IMG/VR virus record: IMGVR_UViG_3300037225_001188
Span: 66,794 to 130,793 of that record
Length of the DNA: 64,000 nt
Source: a virus
Reading direction: 5' to 3' (one strand)
Part shown: positions 17,447 through 26,370 of the stretch, in pieces
Numbering within the stretch: the first letter of the stretch is position 1
Layout of the letters: each line of letters starts with the position of its first letter
Notes under the pieces: generated by a model
Databases searched by the model: none
What the model was told of the DNA's origin: nothing
Seen by the model: only the letters and a program-made list of their open reading frames with translations
Position numbers and translations under genes: made by a program

Positions 17447-18204
17447 CCCCCGCCCCCTTCCTCGCCTACCTCACCCGCGCCCGCCGCCTCAAGCGCAAGC
17501 GGGAGGCCAAGGTCCGGTGGGCCGACAGCCGGGCGCTGCGCCAAGATAGCCGCGCCGTCCCACGCCTGCTCGAGTTGCTGAGGGACAAGGACGACGAGGT
17601 GGTTGCGGCTGCTGCGGACGCCTTGGGCCACATCGGTTCGCCGGCGCAGCGCGCATGGCGGGAGCTGCTGGACGTACTGTTGGCCAAGTCGCGGCCCGCT
17701 TGGGTTCGCGACACGGCGGCCTACGCCCTCGGGATGATCGGCGAGTCCAACGCTGTCGTCCGGTGCAATCTAGCCGTAGCAGCTCACGACGCCGAGAAGA
17801 ACGTCTCGCGCTGTGCCCGGGAAGCTCTAGCAGCCCTTCGCAGCGCAAGCCCCGCACGCGCACGCCGACTGCTTCGCCCGCGGCGTCCCGTGCTCGACCG
17901 GCTGCCCCGCGCCGGTGCGTGGCCTATGACCCGCACCGAGGCCCTCGACGCGCTGCCGGGGGAGGCCCGTGTCATCACCTGTCCGGCCTGCGGCGAGAGC
18001 TACGCGCACCCGGACGACCACGCACTGCCGTACCCGGCGGCCCCGCGACTGCAACCGCTGCCCGGTTTGCTCCTCGGGGTCGAGTGCGATTGGGGCTGCT
18101 GCTGCAACAAGAAGGCGACCCGCCTGCGGTACGACGAGAACAGACAGGACTGGCTCCCCGTGTGCCCTGCCTGCGCCACGCTGGCGCGCGTGAGGGTGCC
18201 ATGA
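17443..18204 (+). CDS. HEAT/PBS-lyase-like repeat protein in frame with a small Cys-rich gene (internal ATG 17926)
   Basis: AVPRLLELLRDKDDEVVAAAADALGHIG; VRDTAAYALGMIG; VSRCAREAL. Confidence 0.65.
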   Translation: MTPAPFLAYLTRARRLKRKREAKVRWADSRALRQDSRAVPRLLELLRDKDDEVVAAAADALGHIGSPAQRAWRELLDVLLAKSRPAWVRDTAAYALGMIGESNAVVRCNLAVAAHDAEKNVSRCAREALAALRSASPARARRLLRPRRPVLDRLPRAGAWPMTRTEALDALPGEARVITCPACGESYAHPDDHALPYPAAPRLQPLPGLLLGVECDWGCCCNKKATRLRYDENRQDWLPVCPACATLARVRVP

Positions 18205-18240
18205 CCCCCGCCCCCTTCCTCGCCTACCTCACCCGCGCCC
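17444..18240 (+). repeat. 39-bp exact direct repeat at two gene starts
   Basis: TGACCCCCGCCCCCTTCCTCGCCTACCTCACCCGCGCCC at 17444-17482 and 18202-18240. Confidence 0.9.
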
Positions 18241-18376
18241 TCCGGCGGGCGCAGGGGCGGCGTCGCGATGTCGAGGCGTACTCGTGTCAGTGCTACTGGG
18301 ATGGCGAGGTCGCCGCCCTCACGCGGGCGCTCAAGCAGGCGAGACATTTCACCACCATCACGAAAGGAGTTGCCCC

Positions 18377-18718
18377 ATGAAGTTCGACGACCTGACGATT
18401 GGCGAAGCGAAGGAGTTGGCGCGGATGTTCGGTGGCACGGTGCCTGCTGCGACGAGCCATCCCTACATCATCGGCCAGAACTACATCATCCGCACGGTTA
18501 CGATGATCGACGTGGGTCGGCTGGTTGAGGTTCACCAGAACGAGCTGGTGTTGGAGGATGCGGCGTGGATCGCCGATACGGAGAGGTGGGCGGACGCGCT
18601 GGCGAAGGGTACGCTGCGCGAGGTCGAGCCCTTCCCGGATGGGCGCGTGATCGTCGGGCGCGGTGGACTCATCGACGCCTGCCAATGGAAGCACGATCTG
18701 CCGCGGGTCCAGAAGTGA
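18377..18718 (+). CDS. phage protein (DUF6948-like, Sm/SH3-like beta fold)
   Basis: IGQNYIIRTVTM..VGRL......ELVLEDAAWIADT.RW; AAGGAG RBS. Confidence 0.7.
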   Translation: MKFDDLTIGEAKELARMFGGTVPAATSHPYIIGQNYIIRTVTMIDVGRLVEVHQNELVLEDAAWIADTERWADALAKGTLREVEPFPDGRVIVGRGGLIDACQWKHDLPRVQK

Positions 18719-18918
18719 CCACCGCGATTCTGCGAGCGGGTTATGATCGGTCGTGGTCGCGGTCGGGGTCGCGGTCGCGGTCGCGGTCGCGGTCGAGGTC
18801 GCGGTCGGGGTCGTGGTCGGGGTCGCGGTCGTGGTCGGGGTCGTGGTCGCGGTCGCGGTCGGGGTCGTGGTCGTGGTCGCGGTCGGGGTCGCGGTCGGGG
18901 TCGGGGTCGTGGTCGTGA
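18715..18918 (+). CDS. Ser-X dipeptide repeat microprotein (SR/SG/SW)
   Basis: GTGA-coupled start; 28 x GGTCGN at 18749-18916. Confidence 0.5.
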   Translation: MTTAILRAGYDRSWSRSGSRSRSRSRSRSRSGSWSGSRSWSGSWSRSRSGSWSWSRSGSRSGSGSWS

Positions 18919-18943
18919 TGCTACGCGCAGCACGGAGGATGCG

Positions 18944-19261
18944 ATGAGCCTCGACGAGTACATGGATGGGTGGCGGGCTGGTGTGATGTTCGCACATCTA
19001 GATCCTGCGTCTGACGACAGCCACGTCAGCGCAGACGTGCGCTGTGGCTACGCCGCCGGTCGCGCCGCCTACGAGAGCGCGCGGCGGGAGGAGGAGGCGC
19101 GGGCGAGGCGGTGCGAGGTATGCGGTGGGGATGGCGTCGGTCCCGACAATCCGCACGGCCCGAACTGGCCGCAGACGTTCGAGGAGTTCCGCCGCACGCG
19201 ACCAACGTGCGGTGCCGTGACAGGCACCGGCCGGAAGCCCGCCCCGGCGGGCGAGGAGTAG
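18944..19261 (+). CDS. hypothetical protein with DnaJ-like CxxCxGxG
   Basis: GGAGG RBS; CEVCGGDG...CGAVTGTG. Confidence 0.55.
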   Translation: MSLDEYMDGWRAGVMFAHLDPASDDSHVSADVRCGYAAGRAAYESARREEEARARRCEVCGGDGVGPDNPHGPNWPQTFEEFRRTRPTCGAVTGTGRKPAPAGEE

Positions 19262-19265
19262 GACG

Positions 19266-19499
19266 ATGAGCGAAGGGTGTTTCTCGCCGCGGTACGTCGA
19301 GATGATGAAGAAACGGATCGACATCTGCGAAATCGAGGTGAAGACGGCCAACGCCAAGCTCTACCGCGCCGAACAGCGCGAGGCCGAGTGCCTTGATATG
19401 CTCGAAGCCGCGCTCAAAGTTATGCGGGAGGGCATCGGCACTCCCGATCTGTGCGGGCGCATCGAACGCGCGCTGCGTGATTGGAGGCCGGGTCAGTGA
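19266..19499 (+). CDS. hypothetical protein
   Basis: 77-aa ORF in the coupled run. Confidence 0.5.
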   Translation: MSEGCFSPRYVEMMKKRIDICEIEVKTANAKLYRAEQREAECLDMLEAALKVMREGIGTPDLCGRIERALRDWRPGQ

Positions 19500-19873
19500 C
19501 CCGCGCCGAAGCCACCGCCGCCGTGATCGCCGCCGCGCGTGAGATGCTCGCGAGTTCGGCGCCAAAGCACTGGCCCACGCTCCGCGCGGCCCTCACAGCC
19601 CTCGACACGCTGCCGGTGGAGGCGCCGCTCAAGCCGGGCGACTGGACGATCATCTGCCGCGAGGGTGTCAACGGCGGCGCGTCCGACCTGTTCTTTCGCG
19701 TCGTGCCCGACGGCGTGGACATCCTGCAGCGGTACAGCGCGACCGCCGTCGCCGCCGATGGCACCGTGAGCTACACCGACGAGATGCGCGTCGACCCCGA
19801 TGCCGGGCTGTCGCTCACCCACGCCCAGGCCGCCGAGCTATGCGCCACGCTGGCGCGCGCGAGGGTGCCATGA
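19496..19873 (+). CDS. hypothetical protein
   Basis: GTGA-coupled; shares end blocks with 17926..18204. Confidence 0.55.
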   Translation: MTRAEATAAVIAAAREMLASSAPKHWPTLRAALTALDTLPVEAPLKPGDWTIICREGVNGGASDLFFRVVPDGVDILQRYSATAVAADGTVSYTDEMRVDPDAGLSLTHAQAAELCATLARARVP

Positions 19874-20157
19874 CCCCGCCGCCCGCAAGCGCCGCGAGCA
19901 CCGCAGGCGGGTCGCCCAGCGGCGCTACCACGCCCCGCGGACGCCGCCCAAGCCGCGCGCCTACCCGGTGGCGCCTGCGCCCATCCCAGAGCCGACCAGA
20001 GGCCCCATGGAGCTGCCGATCATGGTGCCGCCGAAGCCGGAGCCGGAGCCGGCGACCTTCCCCGCCGACGACGTGGACGACGACACCGCAGCGCCGGGTT
20101 TGTTGGACCGCCTCGTCGAGAGCATGAAGACGTGGACGCAGGTGGAGGAGAACCCCG

Positions 20158-21471
20158 ATGTCGACGACCCCGATCCCATCATCTGAGCCGAAGCCAGCGC
20201 CGACGTGGACACCGAAGGGTGTGCCGCGTTGCGCTGCTACCTGTCCGCGCTGCGAGGAGAGCGCGAGCGATCAGACCCACGAGTGCTACCACGTCGACAT
20301 AGGGCAGACGTGCGAGCCGTCGATCCGCATCCTCGCCATGACCGACCGCGACCTGCTCCTGGCGTTCTGCGCCTCGCTCACCGAGGAGGACTTGGATCGC
20401 CTCGACCTGCGGATGAACCCAAATAACCGCACCGACTACGAGCGGCTCGTCGATCGGTTCCTCGCGTCCCGCCGCGCCGTGGACCCCGCGCCCGACCCGC
20501 TCGCCCCGCTGCGTGCCGCCGGCGTGCTGGACCCGCAGACCTGCGAGTGCGGGCACCCGCACGCGGAGCACGACGCCGATGTCAACGGCTGCTACTGCCG
20601 CGTCGAGGGGTGCGACTGCGGATGCCACGAGGCCGAGGCCGCCCGGCGGCGCGCAGACCTCGCCGAGGTCACGCGGCCGAGCGGATCTCGACTGTCCCAA
20701 GCCGCCCGGGACGCCCGCAAGCCCCCGCCGCCCGGCGAGCTGGTTGACGCAGACATGAGCCGGGTGCCGACCGCTCCCGCTGTGAGCCGACCGGCGCGGA
20801 GCGCGAAGGTGCGGCACGCTGGCCTCGCTCCCGGCGCGGTCCAGCGCGAGGCCGACGCCGCTCCGGCGCCGCTCGAGAGCCGCGGTCCGCTTGGCCTCGA
20901 CTGCGACGACTGCGGTGAGGAGGTCGTGCCAGCCGGTATGCCCACGTCCGACGGCGACGAGCACGTCTGCTCCGACTGCGGCGCACGGTGGATGGTGAGC
21001 GAGGACTCCGAGAGCGCGCTGTATCTCGTGCGGCCCGAGGATGACGCCGTGCGTGACGGCGGCTCGTCGCCGGTGATGGTGAGCGAGGAGGACGCGCAGC
21101 CGCGTGGCGTCCCTGACGTTGTTGATGCCGTCGAGGCCGCCTGCCACGCCTGCGACGAGATCGAGGCCGCCGAGGAGCCGCGCTTCGCCCTGAGCACGCA
21201 CACGGTCCCGGCCCCCGAGCCCGCGCCGCGGGAGAACGTCGCGACACACTGGGTCGTCTGCTCGTGGATGGACACCTACGGAGGCCGGGAGTGGCGTGCG
21301 CGCAGCGTTCACGCCACCAACGCCCCTCCTTCGTTTGCCCCGTGGGAACACGTCGCGTGGCTCGGGCCGCTGTACCTGGACGGAGCGGAGTCGGGTTCGG
21401 CCGAGGCCGCCGCCCGCGCGGACGGCGAGCGGAGCGGGCTCCCCGAGTGGAAAGGACCGCCCCATGCGTGA
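20158..21471 (+). CDS. mosaic Cys-rich hypothetical protein
   Basis: several CxxC and CxCGH motifs; start uncertain. Confidence 0.55.
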   Translation: MSTTPIPSSEPKPAPTWTPKGVPRCAATCPRCEESASDQTHECYHVDIGQTCEPSIRILAMTDRDLLLAFCASLTEEDLDRLDLRMNPNNRTDYERLVDRFLASRRAVDPAPDPLAPLRAAGVLDPQTCECGHPHAEHDADVNGCYCRVEGCDCGCHEAEAARRRADLAEVTRPSGSRLSQAARDARKPPPPGELVDADMSRVPTAPAVSRPARSAKVRHAGLAPGAVQREADAAPAPLESRGPLGLDCDDCGEEVVPAGMPTSDGDEHVCSDCGARWMVSEDSESALYLVRPEDDAVRDGGSSPVMVSEEDAQPRGVPDVVDAVEAACHACDEIEAAEEPRFALSTHTVPAPEPAPRENVATHWVVCSWMDTYGGREWRARSVHATNAPPSFAPWEHVAWLGPLYLDGAESGSAEAAARADGERSGLPEWKGPPHA

Positions 21472-21772
21472 CCCCGCCCGGATCGACCGCATCTGCGACC
21501 TCCTGCGCGCCTACTGGCACGCGCACCCGGACCTGCGGCTCGGGCAGATCGTCGGCAACTTCACGCCAAGGCGGATCGATGCCATGGCCCGCCACTACCC
21601 CGAGGCGGTGTTCCCAGAGAAGCAGCCGAGCGAGCCGTGGCCGCTCACCGAGACGGGCCTCACCCTTGCGTCGGCGTCGCTGGCCCGGCACCTCGCGCGA
21701 ACATGGGCCGAGGCCATGAGACGGGACCTCGCCGCCCCCCCGCGCCCCGGCGCCGCGCAGGGGACGCCATGA
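21464..21772 (+). CDS. phage protein (MRDP.RI...W...PDLRLGQ family)
   Basis: N-terminal motif recurrent in phage proteins; AAAGGA RBS. Confidence 0.65.
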   Translation: MRDPARIDRICDLLRAYWHAHPDLRLGQIVGNFTPRRIDAMARHYPEAVFPEKQPSEPWPLTETGLTLASASLARHLARTWAEAMRRDLAAPPRPGAAQGTP

Positions 21773-22479
21773 CGGAAGCCGAGCTTGCCGCGCACGTCGT
21801 CGCCTACCTCGAGAGCCAGCACGCTGACGTGTACCAAGAGGTCCAGATGACGACTGGCTCCGGGATCGCCGACATCGTGGCGCAGACCGGCCCGGTGCTG
21901 CACGTCGTCGAGACGAAGATGTGCCTGTCACTCACCCTCATGGCGCAGGCGTTCGACTGGCTCCCGTACGCGCACTTCGTCTCGGTCTGCATCCCCGATC
22001 CGATCCGCGGCGATGGCTACAAGGCGCGTCGCCCGCGGCACGAAGGGTTCTCTCGTGTCGCCCTGCACCACTTCGGCATCGGCCTCATGTACCTCAAGAC
22101 GAAGTACCGAAAAGAGCCCGAAGTGGACGTCGTGGTGAGGCCCGAGATGCGGCGCCCGAGGTTGGCCTACCGCCTCCGCGATGCGCTCGTGCCCGAGCAG
22201 AAGACGTTCTCCAGGGCAGGTTCGCCGAACGGCAGCGCGTGGACGCCGTACCAGCGAACGTGCCTCGCGCTCGCGGAGTTCGTAGCGGCGCACCCCGGAT
22301 CGACGCTGCGCGAGGGCATCGAGGCGATCCGCCACCATTACAGCAACGACAAGTGTGCCATCGCAAGCCTGCGACATTGGATCGAGAAGGGCGTCGTCAA
22401 GGGCGTGCGACTGGACCTCGCCGGGAGGATCGCCACGCTGCACCCGTCGCCCCTCCCCGGCGCCGCGAAGGGGAAGTGA
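21769..22479 (+). CDS. PD-(D/E)XK restriction-endonuclease-like protein
   Basis: MTEAEL...YQEV....GIADIV......VVETK......QA. Confidence 0.75.
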   Translation: MTEAELAAHVVAYLESQHADVYQEVQMTTGSGIADIVAQTGPVLHVVETKMCLSLTLMAQAFDWLPYAHFVSVCIPDPIRGDGYKARRPRHEGFSRVALHHFGIGLMYLKTKYRKEPEVDVVVRPEMRRPRLAYRLRDALVPEQKTFSRAGSPNGSAWTPYQRTCLALAEFVAAHPGSTLREGIEAIRHHYSNDKCAIASLRHWIEKGVVKGVRLDLAGRIATLHPSPLPGAAKGK

Positions 22480-22632
22480 GATGGACTACGTCTACCCGCG
22501 CCCGGCACCTCCCACCACCTGTCCCAACTGCGGCTGCACCCGCATCGGCCTCGTCGGCCGGCTCAAGCGGCTGTGCAACGGGTGCTGGCGGGTGTTCGTC
22601 GTGGGCGCGCGAGCCGCCGCAAAGGTGACATC

Positions 22633-22902
22633 GTGAGGGTCGCCCGCTGTCCGCGATGCGGCAAGCCTCCCGAGGAGTACTGGGAACGGTGGACCGACTT
22701 CGGCATGATCTTCTCGGCGGACGCGCGTGGCGTTCCCGAGCGTATCGGCTACCTTGTCGATGGTGGCCCCGTTGGCGTCGACGCCATCTGCGCCTGTGGC
22801 TATCGCTGGTGTCTGCGCGGCGTGCGGCAGATCACGGAGCTGCGCCCCGACGAGACAGACGACCCCCTCCCCGCCCCCGCGGGCGAGCCCCGGGAGGGGT
22901 AG
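22633..22902 (+). CDS. small zinc-ribbon protein
   Basis: CPRCGK...CACGYRW. Confidence 0.5.
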   Translation: MRVARCPRCGKPPEEYWERWTDFGMIFSADARGVPERIGYLVDGGPVGVDAICACGYRWCLRGVRQITELRPDETDDPLPAPAGEPREG

Positions 22903-22948
22903 GGCGATGAGCCACTGGCCGACCAAGCCCGTGCGGAACGGTGTCTCA

Positions 22949-23452
22949 TCACCCGACCTTGATCGCCCCACCGCCGGCCGGCGCCATCCCGGCCGCCGCG
23001 AGGATCGCATCGGACAGCGGCACGCCCGCGCCCGAGACGCGCACGATCAGCGCGCCCGTCGCGAGGTCGCTGCGAACATCGTAGAGGCCCGGCTCGATGC
23101 CGGCCTCGGTCTTGGCCGCGTCCCACTGCGCGGACTGCGCGGTCTGCGCGTCGGCGAACGCGGTCTGCGCGGTCGTCAGCGCGTCGGCCGCGGCCGTCAG
23201 CGCCGTCTGCGCGGTCGCCAGTGCGTCAGCCACGTCGTCGCCGCGGTCGCTCTGGTACTGGAGCACGTTGGCGTCGAGCGCGGCGAGGTTGGCGCCGTAG
23301 GTCGCCGCGACGTGCGCGGCTTCGGCTGCCACTGCGGCCTTGTAGGCGGCGGCGAGCGCGTCGGCCGTCTCGGGCGCGAGGGAGATCGAAACCTCCGTCG
23401 GCGGATCGGTTGCGATTGGATCGGGCTGCGGGTCGGGGCGGATGATCGGCAT
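22949..23452 (-). CDS. Ala-rich coiled-coil protein (possible fibre chaperone)
   Basis: ATG after GGGAGG; third gene of the leftward operon. Confidence 0.65.
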   Translation of the reverse strand: MPIIRPDPQPDPIATDPPTEVSISLAPETADALAAAYKAAVAAEAAHVAATYGANLAALDANVLQYQSDRGDDVADALATAQTALTAAADALTTAQTAFADAQTAQSAQWDAAKTEAGIEPGLYDVRSDLATGALIVRVSGAGVPLSDAILAAAGMAPAGGGAIKVG

Positions 23453-23461
23453 GATGCCTCC

Positions 23462-26368
23462 CTATTTGCTCAGCAGTTGCAGCCGCGCGAAGATGGCCCG
23501 CGCAGCGTTGGCGCCCGCGGTGTCTGCGCCTACGGCCACGGGGGTACAGTCCGCGGCGCCCGGTGTCCACGCGGCGCCCGCGTAGGACCCAATGACCGCG
23601 GCCCCGTCCTTGACGACGAGACTGCCCGTCGCAGCGTTCCACTGCACCTTGAGCGTGTGTCCCAGGTTGTCGAGGGTGCCGCACATGATGGCCGCGCCGC
23701 CGATGAGCGCGGGCGTGTTATCCCAGTTCCGCACTCGCAGGTTCGCCGCAGACATGAACAGCGGCGCCAGTTGCAGGTTGCCGGCGTAGTCAATGATGAG
23801 TGCTCCCGGCGCGCCCTCGGCACCCAGGGAGAGCAGGACAGGACGGGTGGAGTAGACCGTGACGGTGTTGCTACCGTAGTTCGCGATCCACGCCTGACCG
23901 AGCGCGTCGATGGCGACACTAAAGGGGTTGACGCCCGTCGCGTAGGTGCCAACGAGGACCTTCGTCGCGACGTTGTAGACCGTGACGGTGCCGCCGCCGT
24001 AGTTCGTGATCCACGCCTGACCGAGCGCGTCGATGGCGACACCATAGGGGCCGGTGCCCGTCGCGTAGGTGCCAACGACCGCCTTCGTCGCAACGTTGTA
24101 GACCGTGACGGTGCTGGCGCCGTAGTTTGCGATCCACGCCTGACCGAGCGCGTCGATGGCGACACCAAAGGGGTTGGCGCCCGTCGCGTAGGTGCCAACG
24201 AGGGCCTTCGTCGCAACGTTGTAGACCGTGACGGTGTTGGCGCTGTAGTTCGTGATCCACGCCTGACCGAGCGCGTCGATGGCGACATCTCTCGGGTTGG
24301 CGCCCGTCGCGTAGGTGCCAACGAGGACCTTCGTCGCGACGTTGTAGACCGTGACGGTGCTGCTACCGTAGTTCACGATCCACGCCTGCCCGAGCGCGTC
24401 GATGGCGACACCAACAGGGTTGGCGCCCGTCGCGTAGGTGCCAACGAGGGCCTTCGTCGCGACGTTGTAGACCGTGACGGTGCCGCCGCCGTAGTTCGTG
24501 ATCCACGCCTGACCGAGCGCGTCGATGGCGACACCATAGGGGTTGACGCCCGTCGCGTAGGTGCCAACGACCGCCTTCGTCGCAACGTTGTAGACCGTGA
24601 CGGTGCCGCCGCCGTAGTTCGCGATCCACGCCTGACCGAGCGCGTCGATGGCGACACCAAAGGGGTTGGCGCCCGTCGCGAATGGGCTCCCCGCCACTGC
24701 CACCGGAGCGCACCCGGCTGGGTTGACGAACCCCGCCAGCGACAACGTGAGCGAGCCCTTGGCCGGGGTGTAGCGCGCGTTCCCGACGTTGGTGCACTGC
24801 TCGCTCGGGATGCTCGTGCTCACCGCCGCCCCGGCCGCAGTCGCACGGTACGCCAGCGGCGGAACCGCGGTGCCCGTCATCGCCCACGCCTCGGAGAACA
24901 CCACGGTCCCCGTCGCGGCGCCGATCTGCGGGTAGCAGCGCATGACCGCGCTCGTCTGGCCGGCGTGCGCGCACTGCGCCGACCCGTACCAAGTAGGGCA
25001 CTTGCCGTCGGCGTCGGGGTAGGTGGACTCGGCGACGGGCACGGTGCCAGTGAGGGTCTTGCAGATGATCTCCTCGGCGCCTCCGCCGCTGCCAGACAGG
25101 TACAGGCTCACCGTGGCGTTCGTGTCGGCCGCGCCGCGTCGTGCGAGGACGCCAGCGGCGAACGAATCGCCGATGTGAGTGCTGAGCCCGGTCGCCGTGC
25201 CCGACGAAGCATAGCCGCCGTTGGACGTGGAGGCGACCTGCACAGCGTCACGCATGCCCGACGGGCCGTCGGCGGCGGTGAGGGTGGCGTTCGTTCCGGT
25301 CCAACCGGGCAGGTTCGCCGAGTTGATCCCAAGGAACGCCATGCCCACGTTGAGCACCTCGCCAGTGAGCAGGGCGTTCGCAGCATCCACCGGCAGGCTC
25401 GGGTGGTAGGCGAATGGCACCTGCCCCGCGCCGAAGCCGCCGATGCGGTTGCCGGGCACCGCGACGCGGATCGGGTTGGTCCGCGCGTAGGTGTTGGTCA
25501 CGCCTGCGAGCCCGGCGGCGAGCGCGTGACGCCAGAAGGCAGCACCGTCGGCCGCGGTGAGTGCGGCGTTCAGGACGTAGCACACCGCGATCTGCCCGGC
25601 GAAACTGCTGGCCGTGTAGCCGAGGCTGCAATGTCCGGCGTTGGTCACGCTGCCGGTATAGGCCGCACTCGTCGCCGAGCCGAGGTCGGAGAACAGACTG
25701 ACCACTTTGCCCGTATCGTCGAGAGTGAGGATGAACCAGTGCCATGCTCCATCACGCGGATCGACGGCGATCGAGGCCCGCTGCGTGGTCCCGCTGCCCG
25801 CGGCCGTGGCCCGCAGGTAGGTCGAGGAGCACGAGAGCGTCCAGCCGTGCGTGCCGTCCCACTTCGAGGCGATCCACGTCTCGGTGGCAGCAGCGCCCGG
25901 TCGGATGCGGAATGCCCCATGAACGGTGACGATGCTGCCGTTGGCGTTGCCGAAAGCCGTACCCGCGTCGGCGTAGTATTGCGCTCCGCCGAGTAGCTCA
26001 ATCGCCAGCTTCGCCGCGAAGGAACTGCCCCCCGCCAGCGCCACGGCGACCCGGCTGTCCAGCGCCAACGTCTGCGCGAGGTTCGGACCGAGCGCGAGAC
26101 TGTCGATCTGAGCACCGATGTTGGCGCACAGATACGCAGCCTGGACATTGGCCGCTATCGCGGCCGTCCCGGGCATGGCCGCGAGGTATGCCGCCGCCGT
26201 CGCCGGGAACGGCTGCACCATGCCCGCGATCCCCGGCGTGAGCCCGAGCAGGGAGTTGCTGCGCGCGTCGAGCTGCGCCAGCACCTGCGCCGGGGCCGCG
26301 ATGAGCCCGCCCCCGCGCCCGTGCAGCGCGAGGCCGGACCCGCCGAGCCCGGGAGCCCCGAGTGCCAT
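23462..26368 (-). CDS. putative fibre/adhesin: LamG/ConA-like domain plus YVTN/YncE-type 7-blade beta-propeller
   Basis: DGAWHWF...FAGQIA LamG-like segment; seven 41-aa repeats ATGxNPxGVAIDALGQAWIxNYGxxTVTVYNVATK. Confidence 0.8.
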   Translation of the reverse strand: MALGAPGLGGSGLALHGRGGGLIAAPAQVLAQLDARSNSLLGLTPGIAGMVQPFPATAAAYLAAMPGTAAIAANVQAAYLCANIGAQIDSLALGPNLAQTLALDSRVAVALAGGSSFAAKLAIELLGGAQYYADAGTAFGNANGSIVTVHGAFRIRPGAAATETWIASKWDGTHGWTLSCSSTYLRATAAGSGTTQRASIAVDPRDGAWHWFILTLDDTGKVVSLFSDLGSATSAAYTGSVTNAGHCSLGYTASSFAGQIAVCYVLNAALTAADGAAFWRHALAAGLAGVTNTYARTNPIRVAVPGNRIGGFGAGQVPFAYHPSLPVDAANALLTGEVLNVGMAFLGINSANLPGWTGTNATLTAADGPSGMRDAVQVASTSNGGYASSGTATGLSTHIGDSFAAGVLARRGAADTNATVSLYLSGSGGGAEEIICKTLTGTVPVAESTYPDADGKCPTWYGSAQCAHAGQTSAVMRCYPQIGAATGTVVFSEAWAMTGTAVPPLAYRATAAGAAVSTSIPSEQCTNVGNARYTPAKGSLTLSLAGFVNPAGCAPVAVAGSPFATGANPFGVAIDALGQAWIANYGGGTVTVYNVATKAVVGTYATGVNPYGVAIDALGQAWITNYGGGTVTVYNVATKALVGTYATGANPVGVAIDALGQAWIVNYGSSTVTVYNVATKVLVGTYATGANPRDVAIDALGQAWITNYSANTVTVYNVATKALVGTYATGANPFGVAIDALGQAWIANYGASTVTVYNVATKAVVGTYATGTGPYGVAIDALGQAWITNYGGGTVTVYNVATKVLVGTYATGVNPFSVAIDALGQAWIANYGSNTVTVYSTRPVLLSLGAEGAPGALIIDYAGNLQLAPLFMSAANLRVRNWDNTPALIGGAAIMCGTLDNLGHTLKVQWNAATGSLVVKDGAAVIGSYAGAAWTPGAADCTPVAVGADTAGANAARAIFARLQLLSK
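23852..24680 (-). repeat. 7 x 123-bp coding tandem repeat
   Basis: GATCCACGCCTG recurs at 23885, 24008, 24131, 24254, 24377, 24500, 24623. Confidence 0.95.
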
Positions 26369-26370
26369 GA

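Noticed and set aside
18743-18943. Gly-Arg, Val-Ala, Pro-Arg or Thr repeat proteins in other frames
   Set aside because: Alternative frames of one hexamer repeat; only the Ser-X frame has a coupled start and a stop at the array end
23852-24680. 123-bp repeats as CRISPR or DGR template/variable repeats
   Set aside because: In-frame coding blades; differences are not adenine-specific and no reverse transcriptase is seen in the window
22727-25996. 1089-aa plus-strand ORF
   Set aside because: Antisense shadow of the minus-strand fibre gene; Arg-rich with no motifs
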